From Vicugna vicugna (taxonomy: Eukaryota): a DNA stretch of 64,000 nt. The notes below the pieces were generated by a model, which was not told where the DNA came from, did not search any database, and was given only the letters and a program-made list of their open reading frames with translations. Shown piece after piece: positions 46,301-55,050 of this stretch (position 1 is its first letter; each line of letters starts with the position of its first letter). A program made the translations under genes and the position numbers. Where the stretch lies: NCBI GenBank assembly GCA_013265495.1, contig MU060001.1, forward strand, positions 372,001 to 436,000, in the 5' to 3' direction.

Positions 46301-49300
46301 ATTAGGGTGTCCCTCTTCCCCAGCTTGGTTCGAGTCCATTGTAAACGTCCCTCTGGCGCGTGTGTTTTTGGGTTTCTGTGAACAGAAAGAAAGCGAGCGA
46401 AGCATCTGTAAAATGTATATTTCATATTTAGGTAGATAAAATATATATAGCTACGTCTGGGTGTGTGAATGTTCACCCACCTACAAAGAGAATAAATTCC
46501 ATCTCTGAGCTTGACTGGGAAGCGCTCAGAAGGTTCTAGGGACCGTAGGGGTAAAACTCAGCTTGGCAATAAAGTGATTAAAACAAAATCTTTCCATTTA
46601 GTTTAAAAACACCTAGAAGTTGGCAAGATCAAGACACATGCTTAAAAAAAAAAAAAAGCCACCCTCCACCGACCGCTGCTCCCACCCAAAACTTTTACAG
46701 CACAGATAATCCAGCCTGCCAACCGTAAACTCATTTGTTGCCTCTTGGTCTGCATGAATTTTCCTTCTTCACAGGGTAGGCACACATCCAGACATGTTCC
46801 CCTAAATGTATTCTTGTTCTATGAAATATGCCCGTAAGCTTATCCTAACTGCACACTCACTGGCGTGGCAAGATACTAAAGCAAGACCTCTAGCCCTTTG
46901 CTCAGTGCTTTTTGATTATCTGTCCCTTCCAAGGTCAGCAGGGTCTTACTGACAAAGGGTTTTGAGTGTGTATAGACCTTTTGGACCTTGTGGTCCATTA
47001 GTTGCAGGTGAGCATCTCTAAGCAACCCTGGGTCTGCGTTGTTGAGGGTGGGAGGTCCAGTCCTGTGGGGCAGCCACGTGCCCTGCGGGTCTGACCCACT
47101 CTCGTTTCGGGAGCGTCTGACCTGTCTGGGGCTGAGCTGGTGCTGCATGACTCTGCCCCCTCTGGCTTCAGTTTAAATTTAGACTGTCCTCCCCCAAAGA
47201 CAACTGAGAAATACCTCAGTCATTCTCAAGAGGGGCGATTTTTAAAATAGCGTATTTCTGGAAACGAGGGGCGGACAGAGGGTGAGACCGGCTTTCTCCT
47301 AAGTACACTGTGTTTTCTGCCGTCAACTTTTTCTTACATTTCTCTAAAACTGACCTCATCATTTCAAACGTGTGAACCTAGTCTCATTGCCTTTTTTCCT
47401 ACAGATTTCACTTGTATACACACTCACATTNNNNNNNNNNNNNNNNNNNNNNNNNNNNNNNNNNNNNNNNNNNNNNNNNNNNNNNNNNNNNNNNNNNNNN
47501 NNNNNNNNNNNNNNNNNNNNNNNNNNNNNNNNNNNNNNNNNNNNNNNNNNNNNNNNNNNNNNNNNNNNNNNNNNNNNNNNNNNNNNNNNNNNNNNNNNNN
47601 NNNNNNNNNNNNNNNNNNNNNNNNNNNNNNNNNNNNNNNNNNNNNNNNNNNNNNNNNNNNNNNNNNNNNNNNNNNNNNNNNNNNNNNNNNNNNNNNNNNN
47701 NNNNNNNNNNNNNNNNNNNNNNNNNNNNNNNNNNNNNNNNNNNNNNNNNNNNNNNNNGAGAGGACTGGNNNNNNNNNNNNNNNNNNNNNNNNNNNNNNNN
47801 NNNNNNNNNNNNNNNNNNNNNNNNNNNNNNNNNNNNNNNNNNNNNNNNNNNNNNNNNNNNNNNNNNNNNNNNNNNNNNNNNNNNNNNNNNNNNNNNNNNN
47901 NNNNNNNNNNNNNNNNNNNNNNNNNNNNNNNNNNNNNNNNNNNNNNNNNNNNNNNNNNNNNNNNNNNNNNNNNNNNNNNNNNNNNNNNNNNNNNNNNNNN
48001 NNNNNNNNNNNNNNNNNNNNNNNNGACAGTTGTGCTGCTGAGGTGGCTTAACGAAAGAGGGCAGCAAAAAAAAAAAAGTTTGCATTTCACGTCAGTTAAG
48101 GGGGTAGAAAAAAAATCCTCGTTAACGACAACAGCAAATGTCCACTTTCGTAACACAGCTCCTGAGTGACTTTTCTCTTGACATTTGAGTGGATAAAACC
48201 CTTAGGGGGACCATGTACTGTGAAACCGGCTAGACTGTTGTCAACCAAACAGGTAGCAGGAATGATTTGACTAAACTAAGAACATCTTCAGGTTGTTAAG
48301 TCTCTATCAATCCGGAGACCGATGTCGCTAGGAGGGGGCTTTTTCTCTCCTCCTTCCTTTGTTCTTCCCCCAGCAGCTTTCAGCGCAGGAGAGACCCCAA
48401 GCCCGGCTAGGGCACGGTCACCCAGGCCCGGGCGCGCACACCCTGTCCCCACAGGGGATAAAAGAAGAGCGAGCTGGCCCTCCCACTGGCTTTTTCCTGG
48501 TGACCTACGTGGTCGGGGGGCTGGGGAGAGGTGCGGATAGAGCTTAATAGCACCGTTCGCGGAATGGGCACCTTTGGGGAGACACGGTCGCCAGACCAGG
48601 CTGGAGCGTCTGAGTTCTTCTCGGCCTCAGCTTCACGTCCAGGAGGAAGCCTTCCGGCTTGTTTTAAGACACAGGAAACACAAAGCCCTTGTTTTCAGAG
48701 GGACGTGGAAAGAGGAGGCTCTTCTGTGAGGTTGCAGAAGGATGAGAAGAAAATGAGCCTTTGTTTTATGCCCATTTTCCACCTGTAGAGGGTCCTTCAG
48801 GGCCTACAGATGTTCCCTTTTACTGGGGGGCCGTTGGCTGCAGAGCCACATGCTGTCTTCCTCGCGTGTGGTTTGCTGCGAGAGCCCACTCGCTCCCCCA
48901 CAGGTTCCTGGGGGCTCAGCACAGCGGTCTGGGCCAAAAGCCCGGGTCTGAAACACGAAGTCTGAGTGTCCTAGGGCCGGGGACACGTGCTCTGCAGCTC
49001 CAGGACGGGCCGTAGGCAGGTCGCTGTGGGAGGCCGTTCAGCAGGAGTGGTCAGTGTTCCGTTGATGAGTACAGGGCAGGGCAGGGGATTTAAGGCCAGA
49101 GTAGAACATGCAAGATTCATTTGAAAACCGCTTATGTGCAGTGATGTTCTAAACGCCTGAGCTGGACCTGGACGATTCCAGCGTCTCCAGTGGACTTTTT
49201 TTTGAACCTGAGTGCTGAGGCCAGGAAGAAAAGTAGGTAAATAAGTAAATAAATAAAGAGGCCTGGTCCGCTCCCTCTCAAAGCCACCCTCGTCTTTGCT

Positions 49301-52300
49301 CGACTTTAACATCTTCATAGCCCTCTCTTTCTCCCTAGTAATATTGAAAGGATTACCCTTGTTGGCCCCTAGGTGGTTACTGTGTGATTTTACTGTTATT
49401 AAATCTATTATAAACTGCTTCATTATTCCTGACTCTGACTCTGTCTCCTTTAATCCTTCCATCACCCTCCCAGAAATCCCACGCCGTTGGCCCCCAGGAA
49501 ATCCGAGAGCGAGCCACAGTCTTGCAGACGGTGTTTGAAGATTACGTGCACTCCAGCGAGAGGAGGGTCTCCGGGGCCAAGAAAGGTTGGTCAGTTTCTT
49601 AGGTGGTGGTGGGTGGGTAACCCAGCAGAGCCTCAGCCCCAGCTCCACCCGCTTGGCCCCCGGACAAGCTGAGAGGCCAAGCAGGCGTCTCTGCTCCCTG
49701 GCAAAAGCCTTCAATCTCCCTAATTCTGCAGGGTTTGGAAGCAGGCACGGAAGGCTTTAAAGTGATATTAAATGTTAATTTCATCCTTCCCCGTGTTTTG
49801 CACAAATGAGGCTTTATCTTGGCTTACATCAGGACTCGAGCTTTGACCCAGCAGCTTGAATCTGAGGGATCCATTTTTCTCTTTCTTTGAAAACTGCAAG
49901 GAAGAGACATGACATGTCGGTGGAAATAGCTGTAGAGATGGAAATTAGAGGTGAAGGTAAGGGCTGGAAACATTAGACCTAAGCAGTTCCTGTTTGAAAG
50001 TACAAAGAAAAATGAGAAAGAACAGTGCAGAGGAAGGACTGTAGACCATGAACCCAATTCCAAGGAAATCTGCCAGAGAGTTAGGTATTAATTTAATGTT
50101 CAGGCCCTTTGTAGGATTAATTGGCTCCTGGGATCATCAGGCATTAGGTGTGGACTCCACAGCCCACTTTGAGCACAGAGCAGAGTACAGGGGAAGGGCG
50201 CTTGGAACAGCTGAATGTCTTTTATGATGGAACGTGTGTGTCTTGGCCAGTGACTCTCCCATGTGTGCTTATGAGACCTCCCCCTTGTTGGGGGAGCCAC
50301 AGTTCTTGGTAGTTACCTGCTATTTTGAGAAGAATGCCAGTCTGGCTTCCAATAGATGAACACTGTAGCATTCTTGCTTTTCTTCTTCTTATGAATTGAA
50401 ACTTTAAAAAAACATTCGTTTCACAAACATTTATTGTGTTGGGCACTATTCCAGGTGCTCAGGATACCACAGGGATCAAACCAGACGGAAGTCCTCACCT
50501 TTCTAACAGTCTAGTCGGGGAGCAGACAGTGAATGTAATGGACATAGTGAGTAAGTTACCCGGGAACCAGATCGTCTGGTGAAAGGGGAGGAGAGCAGAG
50601 CAGGTGAGGGGACGAAGGGGTGAGGGCAGAGCGAGCCCGTTGCACAGGAGGCAGAAACCCCAAGGGGGCCTGCCCTGGGGTGGGGAGGCTCTGACTGAGG
50701 GCATCCAGGCAGTGGGGACAGCGCGCAGGGGAACGCAGGACAGCAGGGTGGCTAGTGGGAGGGGGAGGGCGAGTGGAAGGGGAGCCACTGGAGGGAGACC
50801 TGGTCTGATAGGTCTGCACAAGTCACCTGCTGCCATGTGAGCATGGCCTCTGAGGGCAAGGGTGAGGGCCAGGGGCTGGTCACCAGCAGTTGTGGTCACC
50901 AGGATATAGATGATAGAAATGGGCCGGGCCAGCAGATGCCGCCAAGTGCCCATTACATGCCGAGCACACTAGAACAGCAGCCTCGGTTGTGGCCTGAACG
51001 CTGCGGCAAGCCAGCAGCGCGAAGGTGAAAGATGAGGTCCCAGTAATTGCCCGTAACCACCAGCAAATGATGAGCGTGTGTCCTGCTCGTCTGGCTGCCG
51101 GTAATACCCTGTCCAGGCATTTCCCTAGAATGAGTTCAGCAATTCCTGAGAGTCTTCCTGAGAACCTGCCTTTAGAGAAGAACAGGAACATTCTCTCAAG
51201 AGGAATAAAACGTTTGCCCGAGCGTAGCTTTAGAGGTTGGTGCTTTGCTGGAAGTTAGGGAAACCCAGCTTGCGGTGCAGTGCGTAACAGCTTGCAGCAG
51301 AGTTTCTGGGTTCATAACAGAGTGGCAGCGAAGGGAAGGAAGTCAAAGTCACACCACCGTTGTGACGTTGATGGCAGAGGTAGGTGCTTTGGATGTTCTG
51401 GTGAGACCACAACCATTTCAGGGTGCCTGGGGCACCAGCGTAAAAGTTACAGGAAATAATTCCCAGAGAATGTGATTTTTGTGTTTTCTCTCATTGTTGT
51501 TACCATTGAATTTACTAATCCCAAGAGGCAGGCAGAGCTCGTTGTCTTCTTGTAAAGAATGTCGGAGTGGGGCCACTCCCCAGCGTGTATGTCCCAGGAA
51601 GGAAATAAGTGTACCCTTTTTTAAGGAAACTGCCTAGAGTAGATGTTGGTCACCCCACATCAGACGTTAGGTTCCCCGCACTCTTCTCCTCCTCTTGGGG
51701 CTGCGAGTCCCGGAGGCTTGGGGCTGCGCCCGTGGCTGCCACGCCCTGTGAGTGGGTACTGTCTTCAGCCTTTCAGTCTGCATGTGCCAATTCCCCACTA
51801 CCGACTCGCCTCCCTTCTTGCCATTTCAGAGCCCACCTCATGAATGATTAACAAAGCAGCTGGGCTTTGCCTTTATGGCAGAAAACTAGCTGGAACCTGG
51901 GCCAAGTGTGCGTTTGTTTTCCTTTTGCATTTTCTGACCCAGTCATTGCTGGTAACCAGCATTTCATTGTTGTCACTTTCCAGAAGTGGTTACCCCTTTT
52001 TCCCTCTCATTTCTTGCACCTCGTAGCTAGAGATTCAAGTAGTAAAGCCTGAGGTAACCTAAGTTTGAACTCTAGGCTTCTGAACAAAAATTTTGGAGAG
52101 CGGAGTCCTTTACCTGCACCCCACCCCTTGTCCTGTGGTTGGAGCCTCTCCTCCCTGAAGAGCAGGGACCACGTGTGTAGGAGTTGTGCCTGGCCTGGAA
52201 GAGGTGCTTCTCAAAGTCAAGAAAACACAAGTCACTGATGAAACCATCCCTCGCCCGCCGGTGTGATCGGAGGTGGCTGGCTACTCAGCCAGATGCTTTG

Positions 52301-55050
52301 TCTTTAGGAGGGCTGTAATGAGCTGCCTCCTTGCCCACGTCCTCTGGGTAGTCGTCGCTGAGGATGTGCTGGCTGGGGAGATGCCTGCGCCTCCTCCGCG
52401 CAGACCGGGCTCTTCTGAGCGCAGGGGTGGGTTTGGAGGAGCGAGGACGAGCGGCACCTTCTAGGCTGCAGTCCTGCTGCTTTCTGCTCCTGGATCCTGG
52501 GCATCGTCCATAGATCATTGACCATTCCTGATCAGATGTCAAAGATTTATTAAAGAACAAATGTGATTTGATTGCTAAAAAGGACAACATGTCCTTGTAA
52601 GTTATTTTAAATAAATTTCCCTTAATTTTGTCGTCCTTATGACCCTGAAATAGGACTCAGTGACATGAGGGTGCGCACTCTGATGGGCCAGTACTTCATC
52701 TGTCATCCCAGACAAGCGTCTGCTTTCGTTACGTCTGTGCTTTCTGCCTGTCTTGGCCCCACAGCCCCTGTTCCTTCTTGACATTCTTGACACTGTGATC
52801 ACGTGCCACTTCCTGCCCCTTGGAAGGTCCTCCAGGCGGCTGTCGCTGCATCTGAGGTTCCTGCTGCTCTGAATTATCCAAACCTGGGAGTCCACTCAAG
52901 TATGGGAGGCCCACCAGTGGTCACGACCCCCGTGAGACAGGAGCCTTGAGGACAAGGAGGCTTAGTAAAAATACACAGCGAGAGACGCCCTGAACCTGAC
53001 CAGCTGTCGAGGGCGAGGGCGCTTCTGCCATTTCTTGGCGAGCGCGTTGGCCCTGTACAGCCGAGTACGCACGTCTGCTGGGACAGTGGCTCTCCAGCCT
53101 CAGCCCCGGGCTGGCGTGGAGGCGAGGGGGAAGGTGCAGGAGTGGAAGCGGAAGCTGGGGGCTAGTCTGCATCAGCATAGGGGAGCGAGGAGGCCTGGGC
53201 GCGGTCTCGGTCTGCCTTTTCAGTCCAGAGCAGGGGTTCGGGGTTGGGGGAGAGAGGGAGGTGGAGGAGATGAGGCCTGAGTCTGCGGGTCCTGGTAGTC
53301 GTACCAACTTCCCCTCTGAGGCCTTGAGCGTGTGGCAGAACCCTCCCCGCAGCACAGACCATTTGAAGCGTTAAAGGTTTTCCTTGAAAAACCTAGTCCC
53401 CAGTTATTGAAAAGGGGGGTGAGCACAAATCTGAGAGGGGTGCAGAGGAGTTGCCTTGGTTATTATTTCTCATCGATTGGGAAAAGGAGTTCACTTTGCT
53501 CAGTAAATAGAGCTTTGATGGATTCCCAGGATCCTTCCAGGAGCTGATCTGCTAAAATGACACTTTTTATTACTGTTCATAAACGCCAGTCTCCAGGTGC
53601 TGCTGGGATATTACGTTTAAGCTGTGGGCAAACTTGCCAGTCCAGTGGCTCAACGGGCGAGGGCGAGAGAGGCTGGTGTTTAGTGCCTGCTGCCATCAGG
53701 CAGTGCAGCTCTGCTGGGCTCCCCGGCTGGCAGGAGAGCGGGGGGTACAGGCAGCGGGGACGGGGAGGGGCGACTTCAGAACAGTCCCCTCCCGCCCTGT
53801 GGGAGCGAGAAAAGGGCCGACGCTTGATCAGTTACTGCAAGATATTCAGGGGAACTGAGTAATCGTTCCTCGAAGGGATGCTGCATCAAGGTGTAACCGG
53901 AGCTCCACCCTCCTGGGTACCAGCTCTGGCTCCTCTCTGGCCAGTGCCGGCTCTAGAACAGGGGCCTCTTTCTTGATTTTACAATAGGACTGAGATTTCC
54001 ATGCTAGACCTTCCGATGAACACCTCTAAACTGCTGGCAATCCTCAACAAGTGAACTGGTTGGGCTATTTTAGAAATTTAACAATTTTTTCCTCCTTTTA
54101 AAAATTATCTTTTCATTTCGTTTTCTACACATTCTTCGAATGGATAAGGAACACTCTGTAGGTCAGTCCTGGATACTTTAGAAAGAATTTGGTGTTACAA
54201 TCCCATGAGTATACGAAGTGCTGGTCTCCGTGATTCCTTTGGATGGGGGAGCTGGCGGCGGGACTTGGGGTGGAGGCTGCATTTAGAAGTAATAAGAGCA
54301 TACAGTAATAATACATAAGATGCCAGTCGTAAGAAAGCCTTTCAAATTTTGTAACTTTTGCATATATTAAGTATTCAAAAAAATTTAATATAATTAGGAA
54401 AAATTTTTCCTAGTTAAAATGTCTGATGATTTAGTTTTTCATAAGAAAATGATAGACAGTGATCCTGTCTTAGTTTGTTCACTCATTCTCTCATCCACTA
54501 ATTTACACAACAAACGTGTGTCCACGGCCTTCTGTGTGCCAGGTGCTGTGCGGGGCCCCACGGCTCTACTGGCAAAGAGAACAGGTCCCCTGCCCTCTGT
54601 TTCATTACAAGCTACACAGTAGTATCTGCGATTATATTGGGTTTATTCAAGTGAAATTATATTGGGTGAATTAATTGTGGCTGGTAGATTTTTTTTTTTG
54701 AGGAATTTGAAAAAACCCACACAACTGTAGATTTAGGTTGTTCGTGTCTGTTGTGCTATGCTGGTTGTGTGTCCATCACTGCCTGGCAGACTGAACTGCA
54801 CAGGACAGTCGTGAGGCTGCGGCAGCTGGGGCAGCCGAGCCCCCACCCTGACGGCCTCCCTCCCCCTCACCTGTCTTTCAGCCCTGCAGTCCTTCATCCG
54901 GGCCTATGCAACCTACCCCCGGGAGCTGAAGCACATCTTCCACGTCCGCTTGCTCCACCTCGGGCACGTGGCTAAGAGCTTTGGGCTAAGAGATGCCCCC
55001 AAAAATCTTAGTGCCTTGTCTGTAAAGAAGAAGAAAGCAAACCTGAAGAG
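4208..55050 (+). CDS. DDX31: DDX31 DEAD-box RNA helicase, spliced CDS of 19 exons (3' partial; last exon beyond window)
   Basis: Joined exons give 2021 nt in one frame with a Q motif, SQTGSGKT (I), PTREL (Ia), TPGRL (Ib), DEAD (II), SAT (III), FFSSC (IV), [11 protein letters not shown] (V), HRIGRTAR (VI) and the Dbp7/Has1-type C-terminal AYATY...[11 protein letters not shown]. All introns are GT-AG. Confidence 0.96.
5255..5470 (+). mobile_element. MIR SINE
   Basis: AGACCTGGGATTGAATGCC...CTGTGACCTTGG...CCTCACTTTTTCTATCCATAAAATGAGAA...CACTTAATAAATGT. Confidence 0.75.
6715..7250 (-). mobile_element. L2 LINE fragment
   Basis: TATTTACTGAGTATTTACTTTGTGCCAGACATG...GCATGTGCAAAGGCCCTGAGG, the reverse L2 pattern. 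Confidence 0.7.
8817..9073 (+). CDS. DDX31: DDX31 exon 2 (QAEATKRRY...[10 protein letters not shown])
   Basis: Acceptor TCGCAG|, donor AG|GTATGT; 257 nt, phase 0 to 2. Confidence 0.94.
9179..9254 (+). CDS. DDX31: DDX31 exon 3 ([25 protein letters not shown]; start of Q motif)
   Basis: TTGCAG| ... TTA|GTAAGT; 76 nt, phase 2 to 0. Confidence 0.95.
9909..10133 (-). mobile_element. MER20 (hAT-Charlie) non-autonomous DNA transposon, near full length
   Basis: CAGGCTTTCTCA...GCATTGTAGGATGTTTAGCAGCATCC...CCAGACATTGCC...TGAGAACCATTG matches the recalled MER20 reverse complement with both termini. Confidence 0.85.
10270..10313 (+). CDS. DDX31: DDX31 exon 4 ([15 protein letters not shown])
   Basis: CTTAG| ... 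CAG|GTAAGA; 44 nt, phase 0 to 2. Confidence 0.94.
11431..11501 (+). CDS. DDX31: DDX31 exon 5 ([24 protein letters not shown])
   Basis: CACAAG| ... CAG|GTCAGT; 71 nt, phase 2 to 1. Confidence 0.94.
12426..12490 (+). CDS. DDX31: DDX31 exon 6 ([22 protein letters not shown]; completes Walker A)
   Basis: TTTAAAAG| ... CAG|GTGAGT; 65 nt, phase 1 to 0. Confidence 0.95.
12800..12945 (-). mobile_element. MIR SINE fragment
   Basis: GGAGGCTTGAGAAGGTCGGATAACTTCCTGAGGCC...CTCTGGAGGCCCAGCTC. Confidence 0.5.
13760..14390 (+). mobile_element. Old L1 (L1MC-like) 3' region
   Basis: CAGACAAACCCAAATCAAGGCACATTCT...CTGGCCAGTGCTCTTCAAAACTGT...TGCAATTTTTTGTAAGTTGGAAATTATTTCAAAAT resembles recalled L1MC 3' ends. 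Confidence 0.65.
14735..14925 (+). mobile_element. MIR SINE
   Basis: GTGTCACGTTGGGCAAATCATTTCACCCGTCTGTGCCTC...GTACTTGCTCATTAAAC. Confidence 0.6.
15720..17590 (-). mobile_element. Old L1 (L1ME-like), ~1.9 kb including degraded ORF2 3' part
   Basis: AT-rich block. The minus-strand ORF 16983-17195 [32 protein letters not shown] resembles L1 ORF2 NKWK.IPCSWIGR.NIVKM.ILPK.IYRFNAI; ATTTGCACTCCCACCAGCAGTGT is a typical L1 3' motif. Confidence 0.8.
17682..17726 (+). CDS. DDX31: DDX31 exon 7 ([15 protein letters not shown]; motif Ia)
   Basis: AACAG| ... GAG|GTAAGC; 45 nt, phase 0 to 0. Confidence 0.95.
19093..19134 (+). CDS. DDX31: DDX31 exon 8 ([14 protein letters not shown])
   Basis: TTACAG| ... 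AAG|GTAAGG; 42 nt, phase 0 to 0. Confidence 0.95.
19948..20012 (+). CDS. DDX31: DDX31 exon 9 ([22 protein letters not shown])
   Basis: CTGTAG| ... CAG|GTAGGG; 65 nt, phase 0 to 2. Confidence 0.95.
20685..21130 (+). mobile_element. MLT1 (ERVL-MaLR) solo LTR, MLT1J-like
   Basis: CAGGATTAG...GGACCCAGCCTCCTTCT...GGAGCTCCAGCCAT...CTGCAAGGGAAGCTGGAAAATG follows the recalled MLT1J consensus in order. Confidence 0.7.
21609..21728 (+). CDS. DDX31: DDX31 exon 10 ([18 protein letters not shown]...LILDEADR; motifs Ib and II)
   Basis: AAACAG| ... CAG|GTGAGC; 120 nt, phase 2 to 2. Confidence 0.96.
21857..21963 (+). CDS. DDX31: DDX31 exon 11 ([10 protein letters not shown]...LLSATLTE; motif III)
   Basis: TCACAG| ... 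AAG|GTGAGT; 107 nt, phase 2 to 1; preceded by a 128-nt intron. Confidence 0.96.
22263..22320. repeat. GC-rich 7-mer tandem array (CCGCCTG/CCGCCCA, ~8 units)
   Basis: Read directly: (CCGCCTG CCGCCCA)x2 CCGCCTG CCGCCTG CCGCCCA CCACCCG. Confidence 0.9.
22734..23005 (-). mobile_element. 5'-truncated younger L1 3' UTR with poly(A) tail (camelid-type)
   Basis: T-run then AATTGAAGTA...TTACAAGATATTGACTATAGTTCCCTGTGCTGTACAG...ATTTATCCCTTCCC, a typical antisense L1 3' end; related copy at 30982. Confidence 0.75.
23006..23200. mobile_element. Probable hAT/MER-type DNA transposon remnant (left part 22695-22733), interrupted by the L1
   Basis: CAGTTCTCAAAG terminus-like sequence and TTAGGGAAATGCC...CCTGGAGA...TAAAGGACCTGAGAAGGTCTG; family not identified. 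Confidence 0.35.
23500..23735 (+). CDS. DDX31: DDX31 exon 12 ([16 protein letters not shown]...AAFILQKCK)
   Basis: Acceptor TCCGAG| (unusual -3 G), donor AAG|GTGGGT; 236 nt, phase 1 to 0; matches recalled human [16 protein letters not shown]. Confidence 0.92.
24483..24659 (+). CDS. DDX31: DDX31 exon 13 ([21 protein letters not shown]...RLHGDMEQE; motif IV)
   Basis: CTGTAG| ... GAG|GTGAGC; 177 nt, phase 0 to 0. Confidence 0.95.
24885..25056. other. Assembly gap (172 N)
   Basis: N run between GC-rich flanks. Confidence 0.99.
25915..26145 (+). mobile_element. MIR SINE
   Basis: CTGCCATTCACTGGCTGTGTGACCTCAGGGAAGCATTTAACCTCTCTGTGCCTCAGT...GGGCCTGGTACAGAG. Confidence 0.8.
26635..26830 (+). mobile_element. 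MIR SINE
   Basis: CTGGGCAAGTTACTCAGCCTCTCTGTGCCTCAGTTTCTTCCTCTGGAAATGGG...CATAGGGTTGCCGTGAGG. Confidence 0.8.
27040..27590 (+). mobile_element. Old L1 (L1ME-like) fragment
   Basis: TAGGTATTGACCCCGAGGGAA...GCAGTGTTGTTTGT...CCACTGAATGCAG resembles a degraded L1 ORF2 end and 3' UTR. Confidence 0.45.
27994..28053 (+). CDS. DDX31: DDX31 exon 14 ([20 protein letters not shown])
   Basis: CTGTAG| ... ACG|GTATGT; 60 nt, phase 0 to 0. Confidence 0.95.
30906..30960. repeat. Compound (TG/CG)n microsatellite
   Basis: GTGTGCGTGTGTGTGTGTGCATGCGCGTGT... Confidence 0.9.
30982..31095 (-). mobile_element. Short younger L1 3' tail fragment (same family as 22734-23005)
   Basis: T-run then AGTTGAAGTA..CAGTTACAACGTGTCAGTTTCTGGTGCACAGC...CAGTCATGCACATACATAC, close to the 22734 copy. 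Confidence 0.75.
32204..32335. other. Assembly gap (132 N)
   Basis: N run between CpG-rich flanks. Confidence 0.99.
32700..32850 (-). mobile_element. MIR SINE
   Basis: TTTGATCTTCACAGCAGC...ATTTTATAGGTGGACACACTGAGGCCCAGAGAG...CTGCCCAGG. Confidence 0.65.
33820..34705 (+). mobile_element. Old L1 (L1MC/L1ME-like) 3' region
   Basis: CACAGAAGAATGCCAGTTA...AATCACAAAGGAGAAA...GTTTGAATGTGGAC...CACTTTTCTGTAC...TTTCTAAATAAAAAGTT. Confidence 0.6.
35330..35745 (-). mobile_element. Old L1 (L1ME-like) fragment
   Basis: GGATTCCTAGAAGGGAGAT..CTGGGTCAAAGGG...TGCATTCCCACCAACAGCGTGTGAG. Confidence 0.7.
35795..36000 (+). mobile_element. MIR SINE
   Basis: AGACCTGGATTTG...AGCTGTGTGTCCCTGGGCAAGTTACT...TCTGTCAAATGGGAGTAATAG...GTAGTGAGTGCTCAGT. 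Confidence 0.8.
36757..36807 (+). CDS. DDX31: DDX31 exon 15 ([17 protein letters not shown]; motif V)
   Basis: TTGAAG| ... CAG|GTAATT; 51 nt, phase 0 to 0. Confidence 0.96.
38327..38466 (+). CDS. DDX31: DDX31 exon 16 ([21 protein letters not shown]...LASHKI; motif VI)
   Basis: TTTTAG| ... CAA|GTGAGT; 140 nt, phase 0 to 2. Confidence 0.96.
43200..43281 (+). CDS. DDX31: DDX31 exon 17 ([28 protein letters not shown])
   Basis: TTACAG| ... CAG|GTAAGT; 82 nt, phase 2 to 0. Confidence 0.95.
43409..43480 (-). mobile_element. tRNA-derived SINE, Vic-1-like (camelid), 5' part altered or truncated
   Basis: Minus strand reads TTTAGCACGCACGAGGTCCTGGGTTCAATCTCCAGTACCTCCACTT followed by an A-rich tail; B-box-like GGTTCAATC present, A box not evident. 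Confidence 0.7.
44215..44420 (-). mobile_element. MIR SINE
   Basis: CTTAATCCTCTTGGCAGCCCTGTGAGGTAG...CACTTTACAGATGAGGAAACTGAGGC, the MIR core. Confidence 0.85.
44905..45050 (+). mobile_element. MIR SINE fragment
   Basis: CAGCTGCGTGGCTTTGGG...AAGCCTCGGTTTCTCCACGTGTGAAATGG. Confidence 0.6.
47431..48024. other. Two assembly gaps (327 N and 256 N) separated by an 11-nt island (47758-47768)
   Basis: N runs 47431-47757 and 47769-48024. Confidence 0.99.
49474..49585 (+). CDS. DDX31: DDX31 exon 18 ([37 protein letters not shown])
   Basis: CCCAG| ... AAG|GTTGGT; 112 nt, phase 0 to 1. Confidence 0.94.
50415..50930 (-). mobile_element. L2 LINE fragment
   Basis: CACAAACATTTATTGTG...TTCCAGGTGCTCAGGATAC...TCTAGTCGGGGAGCAGACA..., reverse L2. 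Confidence 0.65.
54470..54620 (-). mobile_element. L2 LINE 3' end
   Basis: TTCACTCATT...CTTCTGTGTGCCAGGTGCTGTGC...GTCCCCTGCCCTC. Confidence 0.65.
54882..55050 (+). CDS. DDX31: DDX31 exon 19 ([43 protein letters not shown]...KANLKR)
   Basis: TTTCAG| ... GAG|GTAAGA; 169 nt, phase 1 to 2; C-terminal extension typical of the Dbp7/Has1/Spb4 group. Confidence 0.95.

Noticed and set aside
45663-46337. tRNA genes at the two B-boxes, or at the SINE at 43409
   Set aside because: No cloverleaf, no properly spaced A box and no oligo-T terminator context.
47359-48169. ORFs of 209-265 aa
   Set aside because: Almost entirely X from assembly gaps.
48971-49714. 247-aa minus-strand ORF antisense to exon 18 (longest gap-free ORF in the track)
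   Set aside because: Non-ATG start, no recognisable domain, and a length attainable by chance among thousands of frames in GC-rich DNA.
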